DNA of 64,000 nucleotides from Alteromonas sp. (GTDB taxonomy: Bacteria > Margulisbacteria > Marinamargulisbacteria > UBA6595). The notes beneath the pieces are model-generated. The model did no database searches, was not told the origin of the DNA, and saw only the letters and a program-made list of their open reading frames with translations. Location of the stretch: positions 3,863 to 67,862 of the forward strand of contig CAXPTH010000006.1 of assembly GCA_964220215.1 (NCBI GenBank). The letters are read 5' to 3'. Below, in pieces: positions 1 to 9,618 of the stretch; position 1 is the stretch's first letter, and every line of letters starts with the position of its first letter. The translations under genes and the position numbers were made by a program.

Positions 1-477
1 TACCAATTAATTGCAACAGTTGATAGGCTTGACGAGCCATTTTTGGATTTTGAGCCAGTTGCTTAACAATTAGTTTAACCGCTTTTTTCATAGCGTCTTT
101 AATATCGGGTATTAAATCGTCTAGAGCACTGCTATCTAACTCGACTAAATGCCCAATCAGACCGACCAATGCGGTGAGCATGGATTTGGATACTAATCCA
201 GACATGATTTTATTGATAATCGTTTCAATCATGGCGATTATTGTTTCTTTTTTGAGTCTTTTTGATTCATCCAATTGCTCTAAATCACTAAAAAATTGTT
301 GAAGAGGCATTGTTTTTTGGCTGGTTTCTGGATTTAATAACAAGGCAATGCGTTCAGTGGCATTAATCGTTTCAATATCAAGATCCAACTGGGTATCTCC
401 ATCCGCAGGTTGGGACAGAAAATTAATAATGGGCGCCCATATACTAGCGCTTAACTCACTGCTATGAATACTGGTCA
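1..477 (-). CDS. hypothetical protein, partial (3' end lies beyond window start)
   Basis: The minus-strand frame is open from position 1 to the ATG at 477-475. AAGGAG (revcomp of 487-492) lies 9 nt upstream. The product starts MTSIHSSELSASIWAPIINFLSQPADGDTQLDLDIETINATER. No family recognised. It is absent from the ORF track because there is no stop inside the window. Confidence 0.45.
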
Positions 478-496
478 TGGTTTGTTACTCCTTTAT

Positions 497-1690
497 TTAT
501 ATATATCGGTCTAAAAGCGATAAATCTTGTATGTCTTTGGAGGCTTTAGCGCCCAATTTTTTTATATTTTCAATTCGTGTGACGACATTGCCTTTGCCAT
601 GAATCAGTTTATTCATAATGGCGGCATGGGTATTTTGGGTGGTTGTTAACTGCTGGCCGAGCTTATCGAGTTCTTGAGCAACGGCAAAAAACTTGTCATA
701 CAGAGCACCACTTTGTTTGGCAATTTCATGAGCAAATTGGTTTTGATGCGCTTGTTTCCATAAATTTTGAATAATATGCAGGGTTGCAAACAAGGTTGAA
801 GGCGATACGAGGACAACATGGTGTTTCATGGCATCGTAAAATAGCTGAGAATCGTGTTGCAAAGCCAGGGTTAATGCGGGTTCAATGGGTAAAAACATTA
901 AAACAAAATCCGGCGAGTTGAGGCCGGTCAGTGCGGGATAATTTTTTTCGCTGAGTGTTTTGATATGATTGCGAATGGCTTGAATATGGAGTTTTAGGGG
1001 GTGGGCGTCAGGCGTTTGGGTGTAGAGTTCGTAGGCGTTGAGGGACACTTTAGAATCAATAATAATGTGGCGATCACCGGGTAACTTTAAAATAACGTCG
1101 GGTTGTTGCCGCTCGCCAGTATCGGTTTTCAAGCCGGTTTGAACGATAAATTCACGCCCCTTTTCGAGTCCGGATTGCTCCAATACCGTTTCTAAAATTA
1201 GCTCGCCCCAATTGCCTTGGGTTTTGGTGTTGCCTTTGAGGGCATTGCTGAGCTGACGGGCTTCTTGGGCCATGGTTTGATTGAGGGTAACGAGTTGGCT
1301 TAACTCGCCTTTGAGGGCTGCGCGTTGATCGGCTTCGTGGCGTTGGGTTTGATCGAGGGTGGTCTTAAACTCACTCAGGGCGGTTTTGAAGGGGGCTAGA
1401 AGGGTGTTTAAGGATTGTTGATTGTCCTGAGAAAACCGGTTGGTTTTTTCATCAAATAGGCGATTGGCCAGTTGCATGAGGTCTGATTTTTGTGTGGCGA
1501 GCTGTGTGGTTAATTGGTGATTGGTCGCCTCCAAGATCCCGTGTTCTTTCACGAGGGCTTGATGCCGAATGGTTCCCCAGACGAGCCCCGTGCTGAGAGC
1601 CAAAACAATCCCAAACAACCCAACAATAACGCCGATTACCATAGTCTTGAGTATAGCATGAAAGTGCGCTATGCTTGGGGTATGAAACAA
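497..1690 (-). CDS. rmuC: DNA recombination protein RmuC
   Basis: 397-aa ORF with an N-terminal TM helix, a long coiled-coil region and the conserved RmuC core (GNWGELILETVLEQSGLEKGREF, IIIDSKVSLNAY, MFLPIEPAL). The true start may be the internal Met at 1642. Confidence 0.85.
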   Translation of the reverse strand: MFHTPSIAHFHAILKTMVIGVIVGLFGIVLALSTGLVWGTIRHQALVKEHGILEATNHQLTTQLATQKSDLMQLANRLFDEKTNRFSQDNQQSLNTLLAPFKTALSEFKTTLDQTQRHEADQRAALKGELSQLVTLNQTMAQEARQLSNALKGNTKTQGNWGELILETVLEQSGLEKGREFIVQTGLKTDTGERQQPDVILKLPGDRHIIIDSKVSLNAYELYTQTPDAHPLKLHIQAIRNHIKTLSEKNYPALTGLNSPDFVLMFLPIEPALTLALQHDSQLFYDAMKHHVVLVSPSTLFATLHIIQNLWKQAHQNQFAHEIAKQSGALYDKFFAVAQELDKLGQQLTTTQNTHAAIMNKLIHGKGNVVTRIENIKKLGAKASKDIQDLSLLDRYI

Positions 1691-2047
1691 CCAACTGAAT
1701 TATTTAACCAATGGGCGGACGCCCTTAAAACGCAAGATCCGGATTGTGTTCTGGCGTGCTATGCCCCGAATGCGGTGCTGTTGCCAACGGTATCCAATAC
1801 GGTGTGCAACACCCCGGCGTTGATTCGGGATTATTTTGTTCACTTTTTAGCCAAGCAACCGGTGGTGACGCTGCTAGACAGTTATTGGCATGCCTATGCA
1901 GACGGTTGGCACCACGCAGGGACGTATTCGTTTGTGCTCAATGGAGATACCACGGTTGTGGCTCGATTTACCTACGCATATGCATCGGTTGATGGCGAAT
2001 GGAAAATTATCGCCCATCATTCGTCGGCAATGCCGGAAGCGACTTAA
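1682..2047 (+). CDS. NTF2-like (SnoaL/DUF4440-type) small protein
   Basis: The ATG at 1682 inside ORF 1514-2047 gives 121 aa: MKQPTELFNQWADALKTQDPDCVLACYAPNAVLLPTVSNT...DYFVHFL...GEWKIIAHHSS, a typical NTF2-like pattern. The longer ORF would overlap rmuC. Confidence 0.55.
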   Translation: MKQPTELFNQWADALKTQDPDCVLACYAPNAVLLPTVSNTVCNTPALIRDYFVHFLAKQPVVTLLDSYWHAYADGWHHAGTYSFVLNGDTTVVARFTYAYASVDGEWKIIAHHSSAMPEAT

Positions 2048-3019
2048 CTAAGTCTGGAAAAAATTAGACGCCATTTGGGATAAAACAGTAGATGGGTCTT
2101 TTCCAGCCGCACTCAATACGGTAAATTGTTCGCCTATTTCAGACGTCAGTAATTTTTGTATTGTTCCAGCCGCTGTTCGATTGGTAAAAAAGAAAGTGAT
2201 CTCTAATTCTGGCTTATCAATTGTGTTTAAACTGGATAATACGGATTCTAGAACCGCTGAGCAGGTATGATCAATAATGGTTTTGTCTCGGGTAATAGAG
2301 ACTTTATTCATGGGCACTTTGTTTTCATAGTCGGTCACAATGTGCCGAAATAAAATTAGCAGTTGGTTTTTGTCAGCATTGTAAATTATTTTTGAAAATT
2401 TATCATCACGCATTAGAGCAAACCCTGTTTGTTGCTCGTGTATCACAAATTTATGTTGATCATCGGATAGTTTAATGGCACTTTCGGGTATCGTGTGATT
2501 GATGGTCATTTTAATGGTTTTAATCATGCGGTCAACAAACTCACGTTCATTTTCCCAGCATACGCCAGTATATTCCAAGGGGTTGGCGGCCATATGGTCA
2601 CGAGCAAGTATATAGAGTAAGGCGATGGGAACATCGAATCCGCTCAACCAGCCATACTCAAAGGGGCCGGAATTGGGTAGCTCAACCGCTTCTAATAATG
2701 CAGCGTGAATTTGCTGTAAGTATTTGTTTGCGGGTTGATCTATCATTTTTAGTTTCACATGCTTTAGAAACTCTATATAGGTCTCATGGCAGCGTGGAAT
2801 TTCATCTTCACGCGGCATTTTTGCACTGTTTCTAGGTGTAGCAACACGCTTTCTAGATGCTGCTTCACGTATACCGATACCAGCAGCAGCGCCTACAGCG
2901 ACTGAAGGCATAAGGTTGTTGTTATATTTAGGCTTATGTTTTATCAGTGAGTAGGACACTGTTGGAGTAGTAGGGGCTCCTAGTCTTACTAAATCTCTTG
3001 GTGGTGCTTGTGCTAACAT
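2048..3019 (-). CDS. hypothetical protein (orphan, 323 aa)
   Basis: Long uninterrupted ORF that is visibly AT-richer than its neighbours. No recognisable motif. It has a basic, disordered-looking N-terminus. Its stop directly abuts the stop of the convergent NTF2-like gene. Confidence 0.55.
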   Translation of the reverse strand: MLAQAPPRDLVRLGAPTTPTVSYSLIKHKPKYNNNLMPSVAVGAAAGIGIREAASRKRVATPRNSAKMPREDEIPRCHETYIEFLKHVKLKMIDQPANKYLQQIHAALLEAVELPNSGPFEYGWLSGFDVPIALLYILARDHMAANPLEYTGVCWENEREFVDRMIKTIKMTINHTIPESAIKLSDDQHKFVIHEQQTGFALMRDDKFSKIIYNADKNQLLILFRHIVTDYENKVPMNKVSITRDKTIIDHTCSAVLESVLSSLNTIDKPELEITFFFTNRTAAGTIQKLLTSEIGEQFTVLSAAGKDPSTVLSQMASNFFQT

Positions 3020-3037
3020 AAAAATAAACCTCCTAAT

Positions 3038-4466
3038 TTATGCATCCAGGTCAATTTCAATCACTTGGTGGTGTTCAGATGGCTGAAGCGTTCGACTGTA
3101 CGCACAACCAAAGCCGGAACAAATGTGTGAAATTGTACTGGTTTGGGGCATGGTAAAAAACAAATCTTTCTCGGGCACTCCCTGAAGATGCGGTAGTGCA
3201 TCAAAAATGCGTCCACCATTATTGTTTAGTATAACCACAGTAACCGGATATGGGCAATGCTCGAAGAGCCCCAAGGCATTGCAATCGTAGTAAAAGGTTA
3301 AATCCCCAACCACCCCAACCACCGGTTTTTGGCTGCCATAGGCCAATCCAATCATGGTGGATAATTGCCCGTCAATGCCACTCACCCCGCGGTTGGCAAA
3401 CGTGGGGACTAGGGGGCTGTCGGGGGATAGCGTGGGGCAATGGGTGTCTAAATACCGAATGGCCAGGCTATTGCCACAAAATAAAACAGCCGCTTGGCGT
3501 TCAGCTAGGTGTACAATGTCTGAAACAAGGGATTTAATCGGCAAAGTGATCCACCTCAATGACAGTTTGTTTGGCATGGTAGGGGTTAAACGGATGGTTG
3601 CGGTATCGAATATGATACTGGGGGTGTGCGCGCACATGTTCTAGTTGATCCAAGCTGGATCGCGCAGTCATGCCCCCACCCAGGACCAGTACCGGACCTT
3701 GAGGGTGAATGCAGGAGTGCGGGCGCGGGTAATGCGTGCGTAGCATGCTGGTAATATCGGCGATAATGGGTACGGATTGGTTGTTGAGGTACTGCTGAAC
3801 CGCTTGGGCATCGGTCACACTGCGCAATTGCCCAACAACAATCAAACCCGGTGTTGGGATGCTTGCCCAGTCGGGGCTGGTTCCACGGGGCATACTGGGC
3901 GCAGTGGGGTGGTCCATGACCACGGGGTCTACGGCCAAGTCTCGAAAAGCCATATTAAAATGCACGGGTGTTGGCTGTGATACGCCTTGGGCAATGTGCG
4001 TTTGAATGCGGGCTTGTATGTGCTGAATGGATACGTTTGAATGGGGGCATGCCAGATTGAGGGTCGTGGCGAAGTGTGAGAATAGCCCGGACTGGGGCAT
4101 GGTTTGATTGGCGCCAACACCGTGCAGTTCCGGCGGGCGATCCGCCGTGATGACCACCAAGCAGTGGCCAGACTGATGGGCTTCAACCACAGCGGGCAAG
4201 AGATTGGCACCCGCACTGCCCGATGTGGTGAGAATTGCCACTGGCCGTTGCTGGGCTTTGGCGATCCCTAAGGCCACAAATCCCAAGGCCCGTTCATCAT
4301 AAAAACAAACGGATTGGATTTGCGTATGATTCGCAATGCATCGGGTCAGGGGGGCGGACCGAGACCCAGAGCCAATGCAAATATGCTGAATGCCGGCAGT
4401 AATCAAACTTTCAACAACCCCCATGGCCCATTGCGTTGTTGGCGTTACATTAGTCACGTTGGGCAT
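3038..4466 (-). pseudogene. menD: SEPHCHC synthase MenD, split by a +1 frameshift near 3534-3560
   Basis: ORF 3534-4571 carries the MenD N-terminal and middle domains (GSGSRSAPL, ILTTSGSAGANLLPAVVEAH, VITADRPPEL). ORF 3038-3637, in another frame, carries the ThDP-binding C-terminal domain (GNSLAIRYLD, NRGVSGIDGQLST, GDLTFYYDCNAL, NNNGGRIF). The two overlap by about 100 nt. The likely start is the ATG at 4466 (MPNVTNV...). Confidence 0.8.
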
Positions 4467-5154
4467 GGTACAGGGTGACAACGCCTGCGGACATCCGGTA
4501 ACTGCGGACGGATGAAAACCCAGCGGCGTATAATTTTTGTTCAAACGCAGCACCGTAAGGGAAGGACTCAATGGTTTTATTTAAATACGTATAGGCCGTA
4601 TCGTGGCCGGATAACCAGCGACCCAATCGCGGTAAAATAGTCCTTAAATACCACAAATAGGGTGTTCGAATCGGCTGAGGCGGCAATGAAAACTCCAAAA
4701 TCAAGGCCTCTCCACCGGGTTTTAATACCCGGGTCATCTCGACGAGGGCGGCTGCGTAGTCGGGCACATTGCGAATCCCAAAGGACATGGTAATCACATC
4801 GACGGCATTGGCCGGTAGGGGAATGGCCGTGGCAACGCCGGCCTTGAGTTCAATCCGATTGGATAACTGACGCTGGTTGAGCTTTTTATTGCCAATGGCG
4901 AGCATATCCACGGCTGGGTCTAGGCCAATGCCGTGCTTGAATTGAATGCCGTGGTTGGCCAGGCTAATCAAGACATCGGCGGTTCCGGTGGCTAAATCCA
5001 AAACGGTATCGGGGGTTCGGTTGCGAATTGTCCGGGCGAGTTTCCACCGCCATAGGACATCTTGGTATCCGGATAGTAGGCGGTTGATGCGGTCGTATTT
5101 GGCCGAAATTTCATTGAATACGGCCGGGATTCCGGACTTGTCTGGCAGGTTCAT
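4450..5154 (-). CDS. menG: demethylmenaquinone/ubiquinone C-methyltransferase (UbiE/MenG family)
   Basis: 234 aa with YDRINRLLSGYQDVLWR, the SAM motif LDLATGTADV, and MSFGIRNVPD. Its 3' end overlaps the menD start by 17 nt. Confidence 0.9.
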   Translation of the reverse strand: MNLPDKSGIPAVFNEISAKYDRINRLLSGYQDVLWRWKLARTIRNRTPDTVLDLATGTADVLISLANHGIQFKHGIGLDPAVDMLAIGNKKLNQRQLSNRIELKAGVATAIPLPANAVDVITMSFGIRNVPDYAAALVEMTRVLKPGGEALILEFSLPPQPIRTPYLWYLRTILPRLGRWLSGHDTAYTYLNKTIESFPYGAAFEQKLYAAGFSSVRSYRMSAGVVTLYHAQRD

Positions 5155-7166
5155 GTTGGAATCCGGGTCCAGTCAATGCCCATAGCCTTAAATTTATTGA
5201 GAACATGGTATAAAAGTTCAATCCGATTGTCGCGTCGGGTTGGGTCGGGATCCATGACCATGACGTGATCAAAAAAATCGTCCAACTGGGTGGCGAGTTG
5301 GTCCCAATGATCGAAAATGCGTTCTAAAGATGCGGCATCCTGATAGACAGGAGTATGCGTGTCAACCAATGCATGCAATGCTTTTTCGTGGGATGTTGTG
5401 AGGGTGAGTCCAATGCCTGGGCGTTCTTGATCGGCCAATAATTTGCCAACGCGATGCGCACTGGCCTGAATGCGGGCAAAACGCTCTGGGTTTTGTTCTT
5501 TTTGGCGGTTAAGCTCTTGGGCCCGATCATACAAGCCCCGAATGGTTGTTTCTTTGGGGATAATCGCACAGGCCAAGACCATTGGGCCGACGTCAGTTTT
5601 GAGGTATTGATACATACGCTGCTCAAAAAACTGGGCGGCATCGGTATAGGCGGAGTCCGTGACTGTGAGTGTGGGGACTTGGGTGTGTAGGGTTTCGAGC
5701 GCTTGTTTCAGTAGGGTATCAATGGGTAGATTCAGGTCGGGATTGGCGATGCATAGTTGGCATAGGCCATTCATGATGCGCCGAAGGGCCCAGGGGTCTT
5801 TGGATCCGGTGGGGATGAGTCCATTGTAAAAGCAACACAGGAGGGTATCCACGCGATCGGCGATGCCCACAAGCACCGCTTCGGTCAGGCTGGGCAGGGT
5901 GTCGGTGGCAAATCGCGGTAAATAATGCTCAAAAATGCCGACGCCGGTTGCGGCATCGTCTGGGTTTTGTTGGGTGTAATAGTGCTGGCCCATGGTGCCT
6001 TGGAGACTGGGGAATTCGCCCACCATGCCGGTGGCTAAATCGCACTTGCAATGATTGGCAATGCGTTCAACACAGTCTAAATTAACGCTCCCAGGAGTCA
6101 AACTAGCTAGAGAAAGCGCCAGTATTCGAATGCGCTGCGTCTTATCGGCCATACTACCAAACTGATCTTGAAACGCAATCGCAGCCAATTTTTTTTGATA
6201 GTCAATCAAGTCCGTTTTAAGATCCGATTCGTAAAAAAACGCTGCATCAGACAACCGAGCCGCCACCACCCGTTCGTTTCCTTGAATAATGGTATCGGTA
6301 TTGGCTTTGGTCACCGAATCGGCCACAAAGGCAAACTGATCGGTATCCAATAGCACCGCTTTTTGATGGGTTTCAATGCATGTTTTGACAACATCTACGG
6401 GCAAATTTTGACGTTGAATACGCCCTGTTAACACGGTTGGCCATTCCGACAAATACACCAATTGATCGACCAAATAATGGTCCATCGATGCCTGAATAGC
6501 GGCTCGGCGTTGTGCAGGGTCAGCCATTACCCGGTGGGCCATAAGGGGCTCGGCATAATCCGAGGCATGGGCCAAAGCCACAGGTGCTCCGATGTGGGTA
6601 TCCCCCGCACTCAAGAAGCGGTGCCCATGGGTAACCCGATCACTGGTAATGCCAAATAGTGTTAGGGGAATAACGGCGGTATCCAGTAGGGCACATACCC
6701 AATGCACTGGTCGAATAAAGGGCCCATTATGCTCGCCCCAGTGCATTTCAATGGGCAATTTAAGCCCCCGTACACAGTCTGTGATTAGACTCGGTAAGCA
6801 GTCGATGGCCGCTTTTCCGGCTTGTGTTTGATCCAGAAACCAGTAAGCGGTTCCGTTGTGATCCGCTTGGATTAAATCGTCGGGCGTATAGCCCAATTTT
6901 TTAGAAAACCCGAGGACGGCTGCATCAGGAGCGCCCACAGCAGGCCCGCGTTGATACAGTGTTTGGTCGGGTTGTTTATCCAAAATTCCGGTTACAAGCA
7001 TAGCGAGTCGCCGCTGAGTCGCATAGGGGGTTACGGTGTTGGTGGCGTCGAGTAGGTTGGCGTTCTGCAACGCGGCGTGTACATTCGTGGTCAATTGGTC
7101 CAGCATGGGCTGGCAAAACCGAGCCGGAATTTCTTCACAGCCCAATTCAATGAGTAATGTGCTCAT
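5151..7166 (-). CDS. glyS: glycine--tRNA ligase beta subunit
   Basis: 671 aa starting [17 protein letters not shown], with a typical GlyS body and a 4-nt overlap with glyQ. Confidence 0.95.
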   Translation of the reverse strand: MSTLLIELGCEEIPARFCQPMLDQLTTNVHAALQNANLLDATNTVTPYATQRRLAMLVTGILDKQPDQTLYQRGPAVGAPDAAVLGFSKKLGYTPDDLIQADHNGTAYWFLDQTQAGKAAIDCLPSLITDCVRGLKLPIEMHWGEHNGPFIRPVHWVCALLDTAVIPLTLFGITSDRVTHGHRFLSAGDTHIGAPVALAHASDYAEPLMAHRVMADPAQRRAAIQASMDHYLVDQLVYLSEWPTVLTGRIQRQNLPVDVVKTCIETHQKAVLLDTDQFAFVADSVTKANTDTIIQGNERVVAARLSDAAFFYESDLKTDLIDYQKKLAAIAFQDQFGSMADKTQRIRILALSLASLTPGSVNLDCVERIANHCKCDLATGMVGEFPSLQGTMGQHYYTQQNPDDAATGVGIFEHYLPRFATDTLPSLTEAVLVGIADRVDTLLCCFYNGLIPTGSKDPWALRRIMNGLCQLCIANPDLNLPIDTLLKQALETLHTQVPTLTVTDSAYTDAAQFFEQRMYQYLKTDVGPMVLACAIIPKETTIRGLYDRAQELNRQKEQNPERFARIQASAHRVGKLLADQERPGIGLTLTTSHEKALHALVDTHTPVYQDAASLERIFDHWDQLATQLDDFFDHVMVMDPDPTRRDNRIELLYHVLNKFKAMGIDWTRIPT

Positions 7167-8035
7167 ACCAAGGACTCCATGTACTGCTTGGCACAGGCAT
7201 TGGCCAGTTTTCGAATCCGTAAAATAATGGCCATGCGGGCTGTGACAGAGATGGCGCCTCTTGCGTCGAGCAGATTAAAGCAATGGGAGCATTTGAGACA
7301 GTAATCATAGGCCGGCTCAATGGCACCGGTGGCTAAGATGGACTGGCACTCTGCTTCATAAAGTTCAAACAACTGCCAGAGCCGATCGGTACTGGTGTGG
7401 TCTAAATTGTAATACGACTGAGATTTTTCACTGGCTAAGAAAATATCCCCATAGGTGGTTGTGTGGCTATTGCTTTTTTGCCAAATGAGGTCAAAGACGG
7501 TATCTTTTTGCTGAATAAACATGGCCAGACGCTCCAAACCGTAGGTCAACTCCACACTCACGGGGTTGCAGGGGACACCCCCGCATTGTTGAAAATAGGT
7601 AAATTGGGTGACTTCCATACCATCCAGCCAAACTTCCCAGCCCACGCCCCAGGCGCCTAAGGTGGGGGATTCCCAGTTGTCTTCTACAAACCGAATATCG
7701 TGGTTATTGGGGGTAATGCCAATAGCGCCGAGACTTTGAATATACAGATCCTGAACATTCAGCGGCGATGGCTTTAGGATCACTTGGAATTGATAATAAT
7801 GCTGCAATCGATTGGGGTTTTCGCCATAGCGACCGTCGGTGGGTCGTCGGCAGGGCTCTACATAGGCCACTTGCCATGGCTGGGGATCTAAGACGCGCAA
7901 GAATGTATAGGGGCTCATGGTTCCCGCCCCTTTTTCAGTATCGTAGGGCTGTAAGAGTAAACATCCTTGGTTTTTCCAGAATTGCTGAAGCTGATGAATA
8001 ATGTCTTGAAATGTTGCTGCTTCCATACAGATCAT
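7163..8035 (-). CDS. glyQ: glycine--tRNA ligase alpha subunit
   Basis: 290 aa with [35 protein letters not shown] and the rest of the conserved GlyQ core. The start could also be the Met at 8026. Confidence 0.95.
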   Translation of the reverse strand: MICMEAATFQDIIHQLQQFWKNQGCLLLQPYDTEKGAGTMSPYTFLRVLDPQPWQVAYVEPCRRPTDGRYGENPNRLQHYYQFQVILKPSPLNVQDLYIQSLGAIGITPNNHDIRFVEDNWESPTLGAWGVGWEVWLDGMEVTQFTYFQQCGGVPCNPVSVELTYGLERLAMFIQQKDTVFDLIWQKSNSHTTTYGDIFLASEKSQSYYNLDHTSTDRLWQLFELYEAECQSILATGAIEPAYDYCLKCSHCFNLLDARGAISVTARMAIILRIRKLANACAKQYMESLV

Positions 8036-8070
8036 TTTAGCATAAATTTAGCACAGATTGGGGTGTTTCG

Positions 8071-8146
8071 TGGTGGAGGTGACAGGGATCGAACCTGCGA
8101 CCTTCTGCGTGCAAGGCAGATGCTCTCCCAGCTGAGCTACACCCCC
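8071..8146 (-). tRNA. tRNA-Ala (anticodon TGC)
   Basis: The revcomp reads GGGGGTGTAGCTCAGCTGGGAGAGCATCTGCCTTGCACGCAGAAGGTCGCAGGTTCGATCCCTGTCACCTCCACCA. It folds as a cloverleaf with the G3:U70 Ala identity pair, anticodon loop CTTGCAC and an encoded CCA. Confidence 0.95.
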
Positions 8147-8155
8147 ACGGGTGTA

Positions 8156-8232
8156 TGGTGGGCCTGCCTGGAATTGAACCAGGGACCTCACGCTTATCAG
8201 GCGTGCACTCTAACCATCTGAGCTACAAGCCC
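8156..8232 (-). tRNA. tRNA-Ile (anticodon GAT)
   Basis: The revcomp reads GGGCTTGTAGCTCAGATGGTTAGAGTGCACGCCTGATAAGCGTGAGGTCCCTGGTTCAATTCCAGGCAGGCCCACCA. It closely resembles the canonical bacterial tRNA-Ile(GAU), with anticodon loop CTGATAA and an encoded CCA. Confidence 0.95.
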
Positions 8233-8247
8233 ACAAACCGTAAATCA

Positions 8248-9615
8248 TTATACAAGATCTTTTTGGGTTTGGCCACTAGGAATGTACTGTGGCAGGTAAA
8301 TCGATAGGGTTGTTCCGATGTTAATGGTGGACTCAATATGGATCGCTCCGTTTTGTTTGGCAATGATTTTTTTAACTTCGGCTAATCCTAAACCTGCGTT
8401 TGACCGCTCCGATTTTTTGGTAACAAATGGTTCGAAAATTAGATTTAATTGATCCGCTTGTATGCCACAGCCGGTATCGGTGATTGCTATTTTAACGCCG
8501 TCAATGGGTCCGTTTGATGACGATGGCTCTGTGTCAATCGGGGTATAGCGTTCGGTTGATACATCAATTGTGATACGCCCATGATCTGGGGTGAATTGCA
8601 ACGCATTGAGTGTGACATTTCGAATAGCAGAATGCACGTCGTGCTCATTTCCGTATACAAATAGGGGCGTATCGGCTTGAATGACGAGCTCGATGGATTT
8701 TGACTTAGCTTGATGGGAAAATAGCAAACCAATATCCGCACACAGTGTGTGCATGGCGACAGCAGTGTTTTTTGAATGGTTAATTTGTGTGTATTTCAGC
8801 ATACTATCCGTTCGTTTGGCTAAATGATGGATGTTTTTTAGAAAAACAGTCGCTGTTTTCTCAGCTAGAGCGGTGTCTTCGGGTGTTTTTTTTAATAAAT
8901 CAGCCCATAGTTTTAGCGATGCCATGGGGTTTCTCAGTTCATGGCTGATGCCTTGGATAACGTGGCCAAATGTGGCTTGATTATGGAGCTGCGCTTGAAT
9001 GGCTTTGCTGCTCGATAGATCATCTTCTGTTTTTTTGAGCTTCTGTGTTGTTTTTCCAAAATCTTGGGTAAAAATATAAGCGAACGATAGCGTTGAACCA
9101 AAGGTGATGCAGGCAATTAAGTCTTGGTATGCCTGGCTAAGTGGTTCTGTTAATTCGTAGCTGGGTATAAATTGAATATTGGTAAAATCAACTAAAAAAT
9201 AACACAGAATTGATAGCGCAATGCCAATCGTGATTTGAATGTGCTCTGTTTTTTTGAATAGTAGTAACGGAATCCAGACAATACTAATATACATAATATT
9301 TGTTTTAATGCTATCTCTCATAATGGATGCAAAATAAAAAATGCCGATATTTAGCCATATGCAGGTGGCTAATCGTGTGATAGGCACATGCCGGGTTGTG
9401 CTGAGATAATACAAGGTGCTGGCTCCAACTAACCAAACGATTTCAGAAATGATTAGAAATATGTCCTGAATAAACAAAAAGAATAATAAGTAAATGCTCG
9501 AGCATATACACAATATGTGTAAAATTTTTTGAGTGCGTTGATACTCAATGGTATTGGTTAAAGCTGTAGAGGACGATTGTCTACATGAGCGAATTGCTGA
9601 TACAAATGAAAACAT
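8248..9615 (-). CDS. sensor histidine kinase, polytopic membrane N-terminus (orphan, no adjacent response regulator)
   Basis: 455 aa. The N-terminal ~190 aa form about 6 hydrophobic helices, followed by the H-box ISHELRNPMASL and HATPase_c motifs (DTGCGI, GLGLAEVKKI). The start lies 3 nt after the upstream gene's stop. Confidence 0.85.
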   Translation of the reverse strand: MFSFVSAIRSCRQSSSTALTNTIEYQRTQKILHILCICSSIYLLFFLFIQDIFLIISEIVWLVGASTLYYLSTTRHVPITRLATCIWLNIGIFYFASIMRDSIKTNIMYISIVWIPLLLFKKTEHIQITIGIALSILCYFLVDFTNIQFIPSYELTEPLSQAYQDLIACITFGSTLSFAYIFTQDFGKTTQKLKKTEDDLSSSKAIQAQLHNQATFGHVIQGISHELRNPMASLKLWADLLKKTPEDTALAEKTATVFLKNIHHLAKRTDSMLKYTQINHSKNTAVAMHTLCADIGLLFSHQAKSKSIELVIQADTPLFVYGNEHDVHSAIRNVTLNALQFTPDHGRITIDVSTERYTPIDTEPSSSNGPIDGVKIAITDTGCGIQADQLNLIFEPFVTKKSERSNAGLGLAEVKKIIAKQNGAIHIESTINIGTTLSIYLPQYIPSGQTQKDLV

Positions 9616-9618
9616 GAT

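Noticed and set aside
3250-3644. Plus-strand ORFs 3250-3537 and 3354-3644 opposite menD
   Set aside because: They are fully contained in the recognisable MenD coding sequence on the other strand, and their products are low-complexity (Pro/Gly/Arg/Trp-rich). They are antisense artefacts.
8036-8247. Expectation of flanking 16S/23S rRNA genes around the Ile/Ala tRNA pair
   Set aside because: Both flanks are occupied within 15-35 nt by protein-coding genes (a histidine kinase and glyQ). No rRNA-like sequence is present.
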